A DNA stretch of 64,000 nucleotides. Source: Dehalococcoidia bacterium. Lineage in GTDB: Bacteria; Chloroflexota; Dehalococcoidia; UBA2979. The translations under genes and the position numbers were made by a program. The notes under the pieces were generated by a model, which did not search any database, was not told the DNA's origin, and saw only the letters and a program-made list of their open reading frames with translations. The first letter of the stretch is position 1; each line of letters starts with the position of its first letter. Where the stretch lies: contig CAXXDN010000001.1 in NCBI GenBank assembly GCA_963667465.2, positions 256,001 to 320,000 of the forward strand. The letters are read 5' to 3'. Shown here one piece after another: positions 11,622 through 21,886 of this stretch.

Positions 11622-12833
11622 TTGGCGGCGCCTTCATCGGCTTCCCGCGTGTCTGGCGTCGATGTTTCACGTGAAACATCGACGCCGCCCTCAGTGCGCT
11701 CGCCCGCCCGCCGAGGGCGTTCCGCCTCGCTCGCCGTCGTCCTGCTACTGCTTCTGTCCGTGCCGCTGCTGATCGGCTGCACGACCGACGTGAACAGCCC
11801 GGACGGCTGGGCCGGCCCCGTCCGGGCCCGCGATTTCACCATCCTCCAGGAGAAGCCCGGAGAACTCGTCGCCGTCCGGCTCGGCGGCACGGACAACCCC
11901 GGCACGGCCAACATCGACGAGCGCGTCGCCTGGCGCTTCCCCGCCGACGGCGACGATGTCGACCTCGACGCCGTGTACGCGAACCCGATCCTCGACGGCA
12001 ATACGCTCTACGTCGCCGGCCATTCCGGCGAAATCGTCGCCCTCGACCTCTCGTTCGAGCCGCCGCGGATCATCTGGGTGCGCGATCTCGACGAAACCGT
12101 CGTCGCCACGCCCGCCTTCGACGGCCAGACGCTCTACATCGGCACCGAGGCGGGCACGATCATCCCGATCACCGTCGCCAGCGGCGCCGTCGGGGCGCCG
12201 CTGGCGCAAGCAGGCGAGCGGATCTGGTCCGAGGTGCTCATCGAGGGCGGCGCGCTCTACGTCGCGGCCCTCGACGATCGCGTGCGCTCGATCACCGTTG
12301 CCGACGGCCGCGAACGCTGGACGATGACCCTCAGCGGCGCCGTGCCCGGCAATACCGCCCTCGCCGGCGGATTGCTCGTCGTCGGCTCGTTCGACCGCAC
12401 GCTGCACGCCTTCGAGGCGGACAGCGGCGTCGAAGAGTGGGCGTTCGCCGGCGACGGCTGGTTCTGGGCACGCCCCGTGATCGCCGGCGATACCATCTAC
12501 GCCACCTCGACACGGGGCAGCGTCTATGCCCTCAACGCCTCAGGCGGCGACGGCAACCGCGTGCGCTGGCATTTCAACGTGCTCGACAGCGAGATCCGCG
12601 CCGCGCCCGTTCTCACCGGGGGTGTCCTGGTCGTGGCCGCCGAGGAAGCGACCATCTGGGGCATCGACCCCGCCACGGGTGACCTGCGTTGGAGCTCACC
12701 ACTGCCCGGCCACCGCTTCCTCGCCGACCCGCTCGTGCTCCAATCCAGCCTGATTTATGCAACCACACGAGGCGATCTCATCGAGATCGATCCGCAGTCT
12801 GGCCGCGCCGCCATCCTCTACGAGCGCCGATGA
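11622..12833 (+). CDS. PQQ-like beta-propeller (BamB-like) lipoprotein
   Basis: Lipobox LLIG-C after a hydrophobic stretch; repeated AxD..xGxxxW propeller motifs; start uncertain (TTG 11622 after GGAGG, or GTG 11694). Confidence 0.8.
   Translation: MAAPSSASRVSGVDVSRETSTPPSVRSPARRGRSASLAVVLLLLLSVPLLIGCTTDVNSPDGWAGPVRARDFTILQEKPGELVAVRLGGTDNPGTANIDERVAWRFPADGDDVDLDAVYANPILDGNTLYVAGHSGEIVALDLSFEPPRIIWVRDLDETVVATPAFDGQTLYIGTEAGTIIPITVASGAVGAPLAQAGERIWSEVLIEGGALYVAALDDRVRSITVADGRERWTMTLSGAVPGNTALAGGLLVVGSFDRTLHAFEADSGVEEWAFAGDGWFWARPVIAGDTIYATSTRGSVYALNASGGDGNRVRWHFNVLDSEIRAAPVLTGGVLVVAAEEATIWGIDPATGDLRWSSPLPGHRFLADPLVLQSSLIYATTRGDLIEIDPQSGRAAILYERR
11663..11678. promoter_or_regulatory. parS centromere site
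   Basis: Consensus TGTTTCACGTGAAACA within a perfect 32-bp palindrome 11655-11686; parAB about 4.7 kb downstream. Confidence 0.93.
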
Positions 12834-12867
12834 GCACGCTGATGAGCCGGGAAGCGGCGGAGCGACG

Positions 12868-14079
12868 ATGACCGATACCTGGCAGCTGCTGATGGAGACG
12901 CCGCTCGTCAATTTCATGGTGCTGCTCAGCATCATCTCGTTCGGCTCGTACGGCGCCGCAATCCTCGTCTTTACCGTCATCACGCGCGTCGTCACCTTCC
13001 CGCTGACCATGCGCACCCTGCGCGCGACCCGCGGACTGCAGGAGCTGCAGCCCGATATGCAGGCGATCCAGAAGCGCTACTCCGACCCGAAGCGCCGCTC
13101 CGAGGAGCAGATGAAGCTCTACCGGCGCAAGACGCTGAGTTGCGAGGCCGGCGGCATCGCCGCGGCGGTCCGCAGACACCCGGTCGAGTGCGACTGGAAG
13201 GGCCAGAATTCCGACAAGGGCGAACTCTTCGAACAGTACGCGGCCCACCTCGAGCGCGTGCACAGCGTGCGCGTCGCCGATGCGTCGGCGCGGCAACTCA
13301 AGCGCGCACGGAAGGCGATGAGCGGCGGCATCAACCCGATCGGCTGCCTCGGTCCGCAGCTCGTGCAGCTGCCGATCTTCTTCGCGCTCTTCTCGGTGAT
13401 CCGGCTCACGCTCTCGCAGTCGCCCGAGGACATCATCGAGCTTTCGGACCGGCTCTACGACTACGGGCCGCTGCAGAACGCGATCCCGCTCGGGACCAGC
13501 TTCCTGGGCATGAACCTCTCCGCGAACGGCAGTTTCATCCTGGTCATCGTCATCTTTTGCTCGATGTGGCTGACACAGCGCATCTCCTCGTCGCGCACGG
13601 CGGCGCAGTCAGGAACCCAGCAGGCGCAGACGCAGCAGATGATGCAGTGGATGCTGCCGCTGATGTTTGGCTGGTTCGCGATGTTCGTGCCGGCCGGCCT
13701 CGGGCTTTATTGGGCGGCGAGCACGCTGATCGGCCTTGTGCTGCAATGGGTTTTCGTCGGGCCCGGCGACTTCACCTGGGGCTCCTTGATCCCCGGCTTC
13801 GTGCGCGCCCGGATCGGGCTGCCCGTGGAGATCGAGACCCGCACCGAACGCGAACGACGGCTCGAGCGGGAACGCGCTCGCGCCGACTCCGGCGACCCGG
13901 AGGACGATACGGATGGCAGTGAGCCGCCGGGCGCAGACGGCGCCGGCGGAGACGGGGGAGGTTCTGATGAGCGTCGAGGAGGTAAGCGGAAGGACGGTCG
14001 ACGACGCCGTCGATCGGGCTCTCGCCAAGCTCGGGGTGGCCCGCGAACACGTCGACGTCGAGGTAATCCGCGAGGGTAA
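12868..14079 (+). CDS. yidC: Membrane protein insertase YidC/Oxa1 (short type, with a 65-aa insertion)
   Basis: ITRVVTFPL, LQPDMQAIQKRY, GINPIGCL..QLPIFFALF, PAGLGLYW motifs. Confidence 0.93.
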   Translation: MTDTWQLLMETPLVNFMVLLSIISFGSYGAAILVFTVITRVVTFPLTMRTLRATRGLQELQPDMQAIQKRYSDPKRRSEEQMKLYRRKTLSCEAGGIAAAVRRHPVECDWKGQNSDKGELFEQYAAHLERVHSVRVADASARQLKRARKAMSGGINPIGCLGPQLVQLPIFFALFSVIRLTLSQSPEDIIELSDRLYDYGPLQNAIPLGTSFLGMNLSANGSFILVIVIFCSMWLTQRISSSRTAAQSGTQQAQTQQMMQWMLPLMFGWFAMFVPAGLGLYWAASTLIGLVLQWVFVGPGDFTWGSLIPGFVRARIGLPVEIETRTERERRLERERARADSGDPEDDTDGSEPPGADGAGGDGGGSDERRGGKRKDGRRRRRSGSRQARGGPRTRRRRGNPRG

Positions 14080-15424
14080 GCGCGGTCTCCTCGGCTTCGG
14101 CGGCGAGGACGCCATCGTCCGCGTCACCACCAAGGACGACCGGGCGACGCCCGGCCGTGGGCGGCGCAGGGGCCGCGGGGGGCGCCGCGGCGGACAGCGA
14201 GGCGAGAGCGCGCCTCGCGAGGATCGCGGCGCCAGCCGCGACGACGGCCCGCGCGACGACGGACCGCGCGACGAAGACCGCGGCAACGAACGCAAAGAGG
14301 GCCCACCCCGCGAGGATCGCGGTGACGAACGCGACGAGGGCCCACCCCGCGAGGATCGCGGTGACGAACGCGACGAGGGCCCACCCCGCGAGGATCGCGG
14401 GGGCGGGCGGCGCGGCCGCCGCGGCGGACGCGGTGGCCGGGGACGCCGGCGCGGCGGAGAGCGCGGCCGCGAGCGCAGCGGCGCCGGGAACCGCGACCGT
14501 GACAGCGATCACGAGCGCATCCCCTTCGAGGGTGAACTACCGCTCGTGCCCGGCGCACCCGACGACCTGCCGACAGCCCCGACCGCCGGCGCCGAGGACG
14601 AGATCGACTTCGCGGGCAGCACCCTGCGCGAAGTGCTCACCCTGCTCGGACTGCTGGACACGCAGATCGAGGCGCGCGACCCGGAGACCCCGGGCGACGG
14701 CGTCGGCCGCACCGCCCAGGTGTTCGAGATCTTCGGTGACACCGAGGATGCCTCCGACGAGCTCGGGCTGCTGATCGGCCGCCGCGGCGAGACACTGGGC
14801 GCGCTCCAGTACCTGCTCAACGTGGTCACCCGCCATCACTACGGCGAGGCCAACCACGTCTTCTCTGTTGACGTCGAGGGCTACAAGCGCCGCCGCGAGC
14901 GCTCGCTTGTCGAGATGGCGCGCCGCGTCGCCGCCGAGGTACGCGACACCGGCGACGTGATCACCCTCGAGCCGATGAAGCCCGCCGAGCGCCGCATCGT
15001 GCACCTCACCCTCAGCCAGGAGCCCGGCGTTACCACGGAGAGTGTCGGCTCCGGCAACGAGCGCCAGGTCGAGGTGCTCCCCACCGACTACGACGACTAC
15101 GAAGCCGGCTACGACGATTATGATGAGGGGGCGGACTACGCCGGCGACGAACCCGTCGCCGAGCAAGCTGAGGACGACGCCGAGCCCGCCGAGGACTTCG
15201 ACGACGAGACCGGCGAGGACCTCGACGACGAGGACGATGCGGACGACGCCGAGCCCGCCGAGGACTTCGACGACGAGACCGGCGGGGACCTCGACGACGA
15301 GGACGATGCGGACGACGAGGGGCCCGCAGAGGACTTCGACGACGAGGACGATGCGGACGACGCCGGACCCGCCGAGGACTTCGACGACGAGGCCAGCGAA
15401 GACGACAAGGCGCCGAACAGGTAG
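13967..15424 (+). CDS. jag: RNA-binding protein Jag/EloR (Jag_N-KH-R3H) with low-complexity repeats
   Basis: SGRTVDDAVDRAL Jag_N; GLLIGRRGETLGALQYL KH; LEPMKPAERRIVH R3H. Confidence 0.92.
   Translation: MSVEEVSGRTVDDAVDRALAKLGVAREHVDVEVIREGKRGLLGFGGEDAIVRVTTKDDRATPGRGRRRGRGGRRGGQRGESAPREDRGASRDDGPRDDGPRDEDRGNERKEGPPREDRGDERDEGPPREDRGDERDEGPPREDRGGGRRGRRGGRGGRGRRRGGERGRERSGAGNRDRDSDHERIPFEGELPLVPGAPDDLPTAPTAGAEDEIDFAGSTLREVLTLLGLLDTQIEARDPETPGDGVGRTAQVFEIFGDTEDASDELGLLIGRRGETLGALQYLLNVVTRHHYGEANHVFSVDVEGYKRRRERSLVEMARRVAAEVRDTGDVITLEPMKPAERRIVHLTLSQEPGVTTESVGSGNERQVEVLPTDYDDYEAGYDDYDEGADYAGDEPVAEQAEDDAEPAEDFDDETGEDLDDEDDADDAEPAEDFDDETGGDLDDEDDADDEGPAEDFDDEDDADDAGPAEDFDDEASEDDKAPNR
14297..14400 (+). 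repeat. 39-bp coding tandem repeat (about 2.7 copies, EGPPREDRGDERD)
   Basis: Unit GAGGGCCCACCCCGCGAGGATCGCGGTGACGAACGCGAC at 14297, 14336 and partial at 14375. Confidence 0.9.
15173..15391 (+). repeat. 69-bp acidic coding tandem repeat plus shorter variants
   Basis: DDAEPAEDFDDETGEDLDDEDDA units at 15173 and 15242; degenerate copies at 15311 and 15356. Confidence 0.85.
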
Positions 15425-15438
15425 GGAGCACCTCGAAC

Positions 15439-16344
15439 GTGCGGGAGCGGCACCCCAGCCATGGCGCGGCGGACCGCGAGCCCGCGCGTGCGCCGTCCGT
15501 GCTGATCGCGGGCGCGGTCACCTGGGACCACTTCGGCGAGGAGCATCGCCCCGGCGGGGCCGTGCTCTATGCCGCCCGCGCGGCGGCAGCCCTCGGACTG
15601 CGTGCGCGGATCGTCGCCCTCGCCGGCCCCGACGTTGACCTCGACGCACTCGAGGGGCACGCCGTCACCGTCGCCACTTCCCCTCAGACCGTCGCATTCG
15701 TACATATGTTCTCTCACGAGGCTCCCCCTCGGCGCGAGTTGCGCGTCCTCGCCCGGCCGGGGCGTGCGCTGAGCGCGTCCGCCATCCCCACGGCTGCCAG
15801 TGACGACCTCGATCTGCTCGTGCTCGCCCCGCTGCTCCCGGACGACCTCGATCTCGCCTCGTTCGCCGGCGTTCAGGCGCGGCGGCGTGCCCTGCTCGCG
15901 CAGGGCCTGTTACGCGAGGTCGGCGCGGACGGCCTCGTGACCCACGCGAGCGCTCCCCCGACCCGGCTGCGCGACGCGATCGACGCACGGACCAGCGTCT
16001 TCCTCTCCGAGGACGAGATCGCGGGCTGGGAGGCGGGCGCCCTCGCCTCGCTCGCCGCGGCGGCCGAGCGCGTCGTCGTCACGCGCGGCGCGCACGGCGC
16101 CACGATCCTGCGAGGTGAGACACGCATCCAGACCGTGGCGCGGCCGGCCGAGGCTGTCGATTCCACCGGCTGTGGCGACGTGTTTTCGGTCGCGTACATG
16201 CTCGCGCTCACCCTCGGAGCGGACGACGCCCGGGCAGCGGCGATCGGCGCGGAGCTCGCCTCGGCGTCCCTTGGCCGGCGGGGGGCGGCGCCCCTGCCCC
16301 GAATCCGCAGCGACCTCCGCAGCGAAGCGCGCGCCGGGGTGTGA
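15439..16344 (+). CDS. PfkB-family carbohydrate kinase
   Basis: RPGGAVLYAA, VVVTRGAHGA, VDSTGCGDVF signature; start may be 15499. Confidence 0.88.
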   Translation: MRERHPSHGAADREPARAPSVLIAGAVTWDHFGEEHRPGGAVLYAARAAAALGLRARIVALAGPDVDLDALEGHAVTVATSPQTVAFVHMFSHEAPPRRELRVLARPGRALSASAIPTAASDDLDLLVLAPLLPDDLDLASFAGVQARRRALLAQGLLREVGADGLVTHASAPPTRLRDAIDARTSVFLSEDEIAGWEAGALASLAAAAERVVVTRGAHGATILRGETRIQTVARPAEAVDSTGCGDVFSVAYMLALTLGADDARAAAIGAELASASLGRRGAAPLPRIRSDLRSEARAGV

Positions 16345-16345
16345 C

Positions 16346-17123
<778 letters not shown>

Positions 17124-17134
<11 letters not shown>

Positions 17135-18035
17135 TCGAGGACAGGCGCGGGGCCTCGGACGCGGCCTCGGGGCACTCATCCCCGGCGGAGACGCACCCGG
17201 CGAGCTGGCCGGGCGACCCGTGACCGAGGTCGCCATCGTGGAGATCGAGGCGAATCCACACCAGCCGCGGCTGATGATGGCCGACGCGGCGCTCGACGAG
17301 CTGACGCAGTCCGTGCGCGAGCACGGCGTGATCCAGCCGTTGCTCGTCACGGAGCTGCCTCCCGGCGCGCCGGGCGCCGTGCGCTACCGGCTGATCGCCG
17401 GGGAGCGGCGGCTGCGCGCTGCCGCAGCCGCCGGCCTGACGCGCGTGCCCGTCACCGTGCGCGAGTCGACCGACCGCGACCAGCTGGAGCTGGCGCTGAT
17501 CGAGAACGTCCAGCGCGAGGACCTGAGCCCGATCGAGGAGGCGCACGCCTACCGCCGCCTGATCGACGACTTCGGCCTGACGCAGCAGCAAACCGCGGAC
17601 CGCGTCGGCTGCTCGCGCGCGAAGGTGGCGAACCGGCTGCGGCTGCTGGAGTTGCCCCCGGAGGCCCTCGAGGCGCTGCAGGACGCGCGCATCAGCGAGG
17701 GCCACGGCCGCGCGCTGCTCGGCGCGCCCTCGAACGCGGCCCGCCTCGCAATCCTCGCGCGCATCGAGCGCGAGGGGCTGAGCGTGCGCCAGACGGAGCG
17801 CCTCGCGCGCGCCGCGCAGTCGGCCGCGACGGCGACCCCCGCGGTCGCCGGCCAGACGCGCGACCCGGACCTCGAGGCGCTCGAGGACGCGCTGCGGCTG
17901 CAGCTCGGCACGAAGGTCGGGCTGCGGCGCGGACGCGGCGGACGCGGCTCGCTCACCATCCATTTCCACAGCGACGAGGAGCTGGACGGCGTGCTCGAGC
18001 GGCTGCTGCCCGAGTGGCTCGCCGAGCAGGCGTGA
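17124..18035 (+). CDS. parB: Chromosome partitioning protein ParB/Spo0J
   Basis: GLGRGLGALI, IAGERRLRAA, LIENVQREDL, HTH. Confidence 0.96.
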
Positions 18036-18134
18036 GCGCACCCACCTACGCCTCGCGCCGATCGGCGGCTATCCTCTCCGCTGTTCGGGCCCTGAGGCCG
18101 TAGAGTTCCGGACGGACTGAACGAGGTCGGGTCG

Positions 18135-20570
18135 ATGGCGCACGCGCTTGATGGCATCCGCATCGTCGAGGTCGGCGAGGGCAAGCAGCTCGCCTACTGC
18201 GGCAAGCTGCTGCGCGACCTCGGCGCCGAGGTGATCAAGGTCGAGCCGCCCGACGGCGACCAGTTGCGCCTGCACGGTCCCTTCCCCGGCGACGAGCCGG
18301 GCCCGGAGCAGAGCGGCCTCTTCATCTACTTCAACGGCGGCAAGCAGGGCGCGCGGCTGGACCTCGGACGTGCCGGGGACCGCGCGGCGCTGGGCCGCCT
18401 GATCGACGGCGCGGACGTGCTGCTGCTGGGCATGCGTCCCTCGCAGGCGCGGGCGGCGGGCCTCGATCCCGCCGTGCTGCTGGCGAAGCGGCCCGACCTC
18501 GTCGTCGCGACGGCGACGATCTACGGCTTCACCGGGCCCTACGCCGAGTGGCTCGGCTACCCGATCCACGCCTACGCCGGCTCCAGCGTGGCGCACCGCG
18601 TCGGCGATCCGGAGCGCGAGCCGCTCAACGCCCCGCTCGACGGCGCGGACATCCACCACGGCGCGGTGCAGCTCGCGGGCGCGATCCTGACCGCGCTGCT
18701 GCACAAGGCGAAAACGGGCGAGGGCCAGCTCGTCGACGTCGGCAGCCTTGAGGCCTCGAACCTCGCGATCTGGGGCCACGGGATCGCGCAGATCGTCTAC
18801 CTCGGATACCTGACGCCGGAGCGCAACGGCTTCCAGATCAGCGGCGGCGTCTGGGGGGCGTGGCCGACGAAGGACGGGCACTTCGCGATCATGACGCAGG
18901 TGCCGCGACACTGGCAGGACTTCATGATCGGCCTCGGCGACCCCGAGTGGGCGCACCATCCGATCTTCTGGAAGCTCGGCCACGCCGGCATCCGGCGCGA
19001 CATCACGCCCGAGGAGGGCGAGGAGATCCAGCAGCTCCTGCGCGGCCCGTTCTCGGAGCTGCTGAAGCAGTGGACCAACGCCGAGCTCTGGGAGCTGTGC
19101 CGCCGCGAGCGCATCGCCTGCCAGCCCGTGCTCACCATCCCCGAGATCTGTGAGGCCGACCACCCCAACGAACGCGACTGGCTGACCGACGCGCCCGGAC
19201 CGCACCCGCCGCTGCGCGTACCCGGCCGCCCCTACCACCTCTCGAAGACGCCGTGGCGCGAGCCGGGCCCGCCGCCTCGCCTCGACGAGCCCGCGGTGAC
19301 CTCCTGGCAGGGCGAGCACCGGCCTCCGGCCCCGCTGCGCTCGCGGGCGGACGCGGTGATCGAGCCGCGCAACGCCGGGCAGCCACTCGCCGGGCTGCGC
19401 ATCCTCGACCTCGGCATCGTCTGGGCCGGTCCGCAGACCGTCCGCTTCCTCGCCGATTTCGGCGCGGACGTGATCAAGCTCACGACCAACACGCGCCCCT
19501 GGATGTCCGGCGTGCGGGGCGGGTCCGACCCCGCTGATCCGATGTCGTGGGAGTGGATCCTGCGCAACCGCCGCTCAGTCAACATCGACCTGCGCCATCC
19601 GGAGGGCCCGGACCTGGTCCGCCGCCTCGCGAGCGTTTCAGACGTGGTGCTCGAGAACTTCGGCTCCGGCACCGCCGAGCGGATCGGCATCGGCTACGAG
19701 GCGCTGTCGAGGGACAACCCCGGCCTCGTCATGATCTCGATGCCGCCTGCGGGCGCCACCGGCCCGTGGTCGGACCTCGTCTCCTACGGCCCGACGCTGA
19801 CCGGGCTCAACGGTATGAAGGCGATCAGCGGCTACCCCGAGGACGGCTCCATCTCCGAGGAGGCGGCGGAGCTGGACCCGATCGCCGCCGCCTACGGCGC
19901 GCTCGCGATCCTCGCGGCGGTGATGCATCACTGCCACACGGGCGAAGGCCAGCACATCGAGCTGGGCCAGGCGCAGGCCGGGTTTACCGGCCTCGCCGAG
20001 GGCGTGATGGAGTACACCTGGAACGGCCGCGACGTCGGCCCCGTCGGCAACACGCACCGCTTCCTCGCGCCGCACGGCATGTACCGCACGGTCGGCCCCG
20101 ACGACTGGATCGCGATCGCCTGCGACGGCGACGAGCAATGGCGCGCCCTCGCGGGTGCGGCCGGGCGGCCCGACTGGCTCGAGCGCGAGGACTTCGCCTC
20201 GCCCGAGGCACGACGCGCGGCGCGGCACGCGATCGACGCCGAGCTCAACGCCTGGACGCGCGACCACGACAAGCGCGAGCTGGCGGAGCGGCTGCAGGCG
20301 GCGGGCGTACCCGCCTTCCCCGTCCTCGAGGGCATGGAGGTCATCGCCGACCCGATGCTGCGCGAGCGGCGGGCGGAGTTCGAGTTGCACCCCGACTTCA
20401 CGGTGGACGAGCTGCTCAACGGCATCGCCTGGCATCTCTCGAAGACGCCGCCGCGGCTGCGCCGCCCCGCGCCCGCCTTCGGAGGACACAACGCCGAGGT
20501 GCTCGGCGAGTACCTCGGCCTGACGGAGGACGAGGTACGGGCGATGGAGGAGTCGGGCCTGCTCGCGTAG
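18135..20570 (+). CDS. Fused double-domain family III (CaiB/BaiF) CoA transferase
   Basis: Two copies of the LxGxRI...LxDxGAxVIK module. Confidence 0.9.
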   Translation: MAHALDGIRIVEVGEGKQLAYCGKLLRDLGAEVIKVEPPDGDQLRLHGPFPGDEPGPEQSGLFIYFNGGKQGARLDLGRAGDRAALGRLIDGADVLLLGMRPSQARAAGLDPAVLLAKRPDLVVATATIYGFTGPYAEWLGYPIHAYAGSSVAHRVGDPEREPLNAPLDGADIHHGAVQLAGAILTALLHKAKTGEGQLVDVGSLEASNLAIWGHGIAQIVYLGYLTPERNGFQISGGVWGAWPTKDGHFAIMTQVPRHWQDFMIGLGDPEWAHHPIFWKLGHAGIRRDITPEEGEEIQQLLRGPFSELLKQWTNAELWELCRRERIACQPVLTIPEICEADHPNERDWLTDAPGPHPPLRVPGRPYHLSKTPWREPGPPPRLDEPAVTSWQGEHRPPAPLRSRADAVIEPRNAGQPLAGLRILDLGIVWAGPQTVRFLADFGADVIKLTTNTRPWMSGVRGGSDPADPMSWEWILRNRRSVNIDLRHPEGPDLVRRLASVSDVVLENFGSGTAERIGIGYEALSRDNPGLVMISMPPAGATGPWSDLVSYGPTLTGLNGMKAISGYPEDGSISEEAAELDPIAAAYGALAILAAVMHHCHTGEGQHIELGQAQAGFTGLAEGVMEYTWNGRDVGPVGNTHRFLAPHGMYRTVGPDDWIAIACDGDEQWRALAGAAGRPDWLEREDFASPEARRAARHAIDAELNAWTRDHDKRELAERLQAAGVPAFPVLEGMEVIADPMLRERRAEFELHPDFTVDELLNGIAWHLSKTPPRLRRPAPAFGGHNAEVLGEYLGLTEDEVRAMEESGLLA

Positions 20571-20602
20571 GCGCGCAAGTGAACGACGAAGCGGAGGACG
20601 AG

Positions 20603-21394
20603 ATGAGCGACGACGGACAACTGATCATCGAGGAGCGCGACCGCATCGCGTTCGTGACCTTCAACCGGCCCGAGAAGCTCAACGCCTGGACGTTCGAGAT
20701 GAGCAACGAGCTTCGCGACTACCTCTCGGGCCTCAACGAGGGCGAGTACCGCATCCGCTGCGTGGTGCTGACGGGCACGGGGCGCGCGTTCTGCTCGGGC
20801 GCGGACGTCGGCAACCTCGCGGCACGGCAGGGCGGCGAACGGCCGCCCTGGCGGCCGCCGCACCCGGAGGCGCACATCACCGAGGCGCTGCGCCGCTGCA
20901 ACGCGCCGGTGATCGCCGCGATCAACGGCTACGCGCTGGGTATGGGCCTCGGCATCGCGATGTCGTGCGACATCCGCATCGCTGCGGACGACGCACGCTT
21001 CCAGGTGGCGCAGATGAAGCGCGGCCTCACCGCCGACACCGCGCTCGCCCACTCCCTGCCCGCCGCGATCGGCGCCGAGCGCGCCATGGAGCTGATGTTC
21101 ACGGCCCGCATGATCGAGGCGGAAGAGGCGGAGCGGATCGGCCTCGTGCTGAAGGTCGTGCCCGCCGACAACCTGCTCGAGGAGGCCGAGGCGCTGGCGC
21201 GCGAGATCGCGAAGAACGGCCCGCTCGGCGTGGCCGCCGCGAAGCGCACCGTCTACCTCCGCGACGACGACGCCTTCCAGCGCGCGCACGACTTCCTCGG
21301 CCTGACGATGGACCGCCTCTTCCTCACCGAGGACGCCCGCGAGGGCATCAGCTCCTTCGCCGAGCGCCGCGAGCCTGAGTTCCCCGGCCGCTAG
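20603..21394 (+). CDS. Enoyl-CoA hydratase/isomerase
   Basis: NRPEKLNA, RAFCSGAD, IAAINGYALGMG. Confidence 0.9.
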   Translation: MSDDGQLIIEERDRIAFVTFNRPEKLNAWTFEMSNELRDYLSGLNEGEYRIRCVVLTGTGRAFCSGADVGNLAARQGGERPPWRPPHPEAHITEALRRCNAPVIAAINGYALGMGLGIAMSCDIRIAADDARFQVAQMKRGLTADTALAHSLPAAIGAERAMELMFTARMIEAEEAERIGLVLKVVPADNLLEEAEALAREIAKNGPLGVAAAKRTVYLRDDDAFQRAHDFLGLTMDRLFLTEDAREGISSFAERREPEFPGR

Positions 21395-21436
21395 CATGCG
21401 CGCCGCCCGGCGCGCCTCCCCGTCCGGCCCGTCCGG

Positions 21437-21882
21437 CCCCTCACCCCTCCGGCCCCCTCTCCTGGGGGAGCGGGCGGGGGTGAGGGGGCGCGCCGGCCTG
21501 ACTGCCACCTCGATAGCCTGTTACGCCGCCGGGCGCTCGTGCCACGCGGGCGTCGGACGAGCGCTCGCGCTGCGCGCGGCTCGGCCCACCCACCCACCCT
21601 TCATTTCTTTCTGTGGGGGCTGCGCCCCCACACCTCCGCTGCTGATCGCCTCAGACATCTCGGACAGCCCCGGGCGCTCTTGCCCGACGGGAGTCGGAGC
21701 GGCGGGCTGCGCCCGCTCCCCCTCACCCCCGCCCTCTCCCGCCAGGGGAGAGGGAGCCGGATCCGGCCTCGGGCGTTGGGGCGCCCGCGAGCGTTCCGGG
21801 TGGGTGGGCCGAGCCGCGCACAGCACGGCAGACGCCTCACCCCCGACCTCTCCCGCAAGGGAAGAGGGAGCCGGATCCGGCC
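21437..21882. repeat. Cluster of REP-like palindromes and a 22-bp inverted-repeat pair
   Basis: CCTCACCCC..CCTCTCC..GGG.GAG/GGGG hairpins at about 21437, 21718 and 21836; direct repeat GAGGGAGCCGGATCCGGCC; IR 21574-21595/21798-21819. Confidence 0.75.
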
Positions 21883-21886
21883 ATTC

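Noticed and set aside
13129-13323. Intein or intron explanation for the YidC insert
   Set aside because: Too short, no HN/C splice-junction motifs, in frame with normal codon usage
14297-15391. Possible CRISPR-like array
   Set aside because: Repeats are in-frame coding units without unique spacers; no cas genes
18575-18587. 13-bp match to the tRNA-Thr 3' end as a possible att site
   Set aside because: Inside a CDS, expected by chance at this GC content, and no integrase in the window
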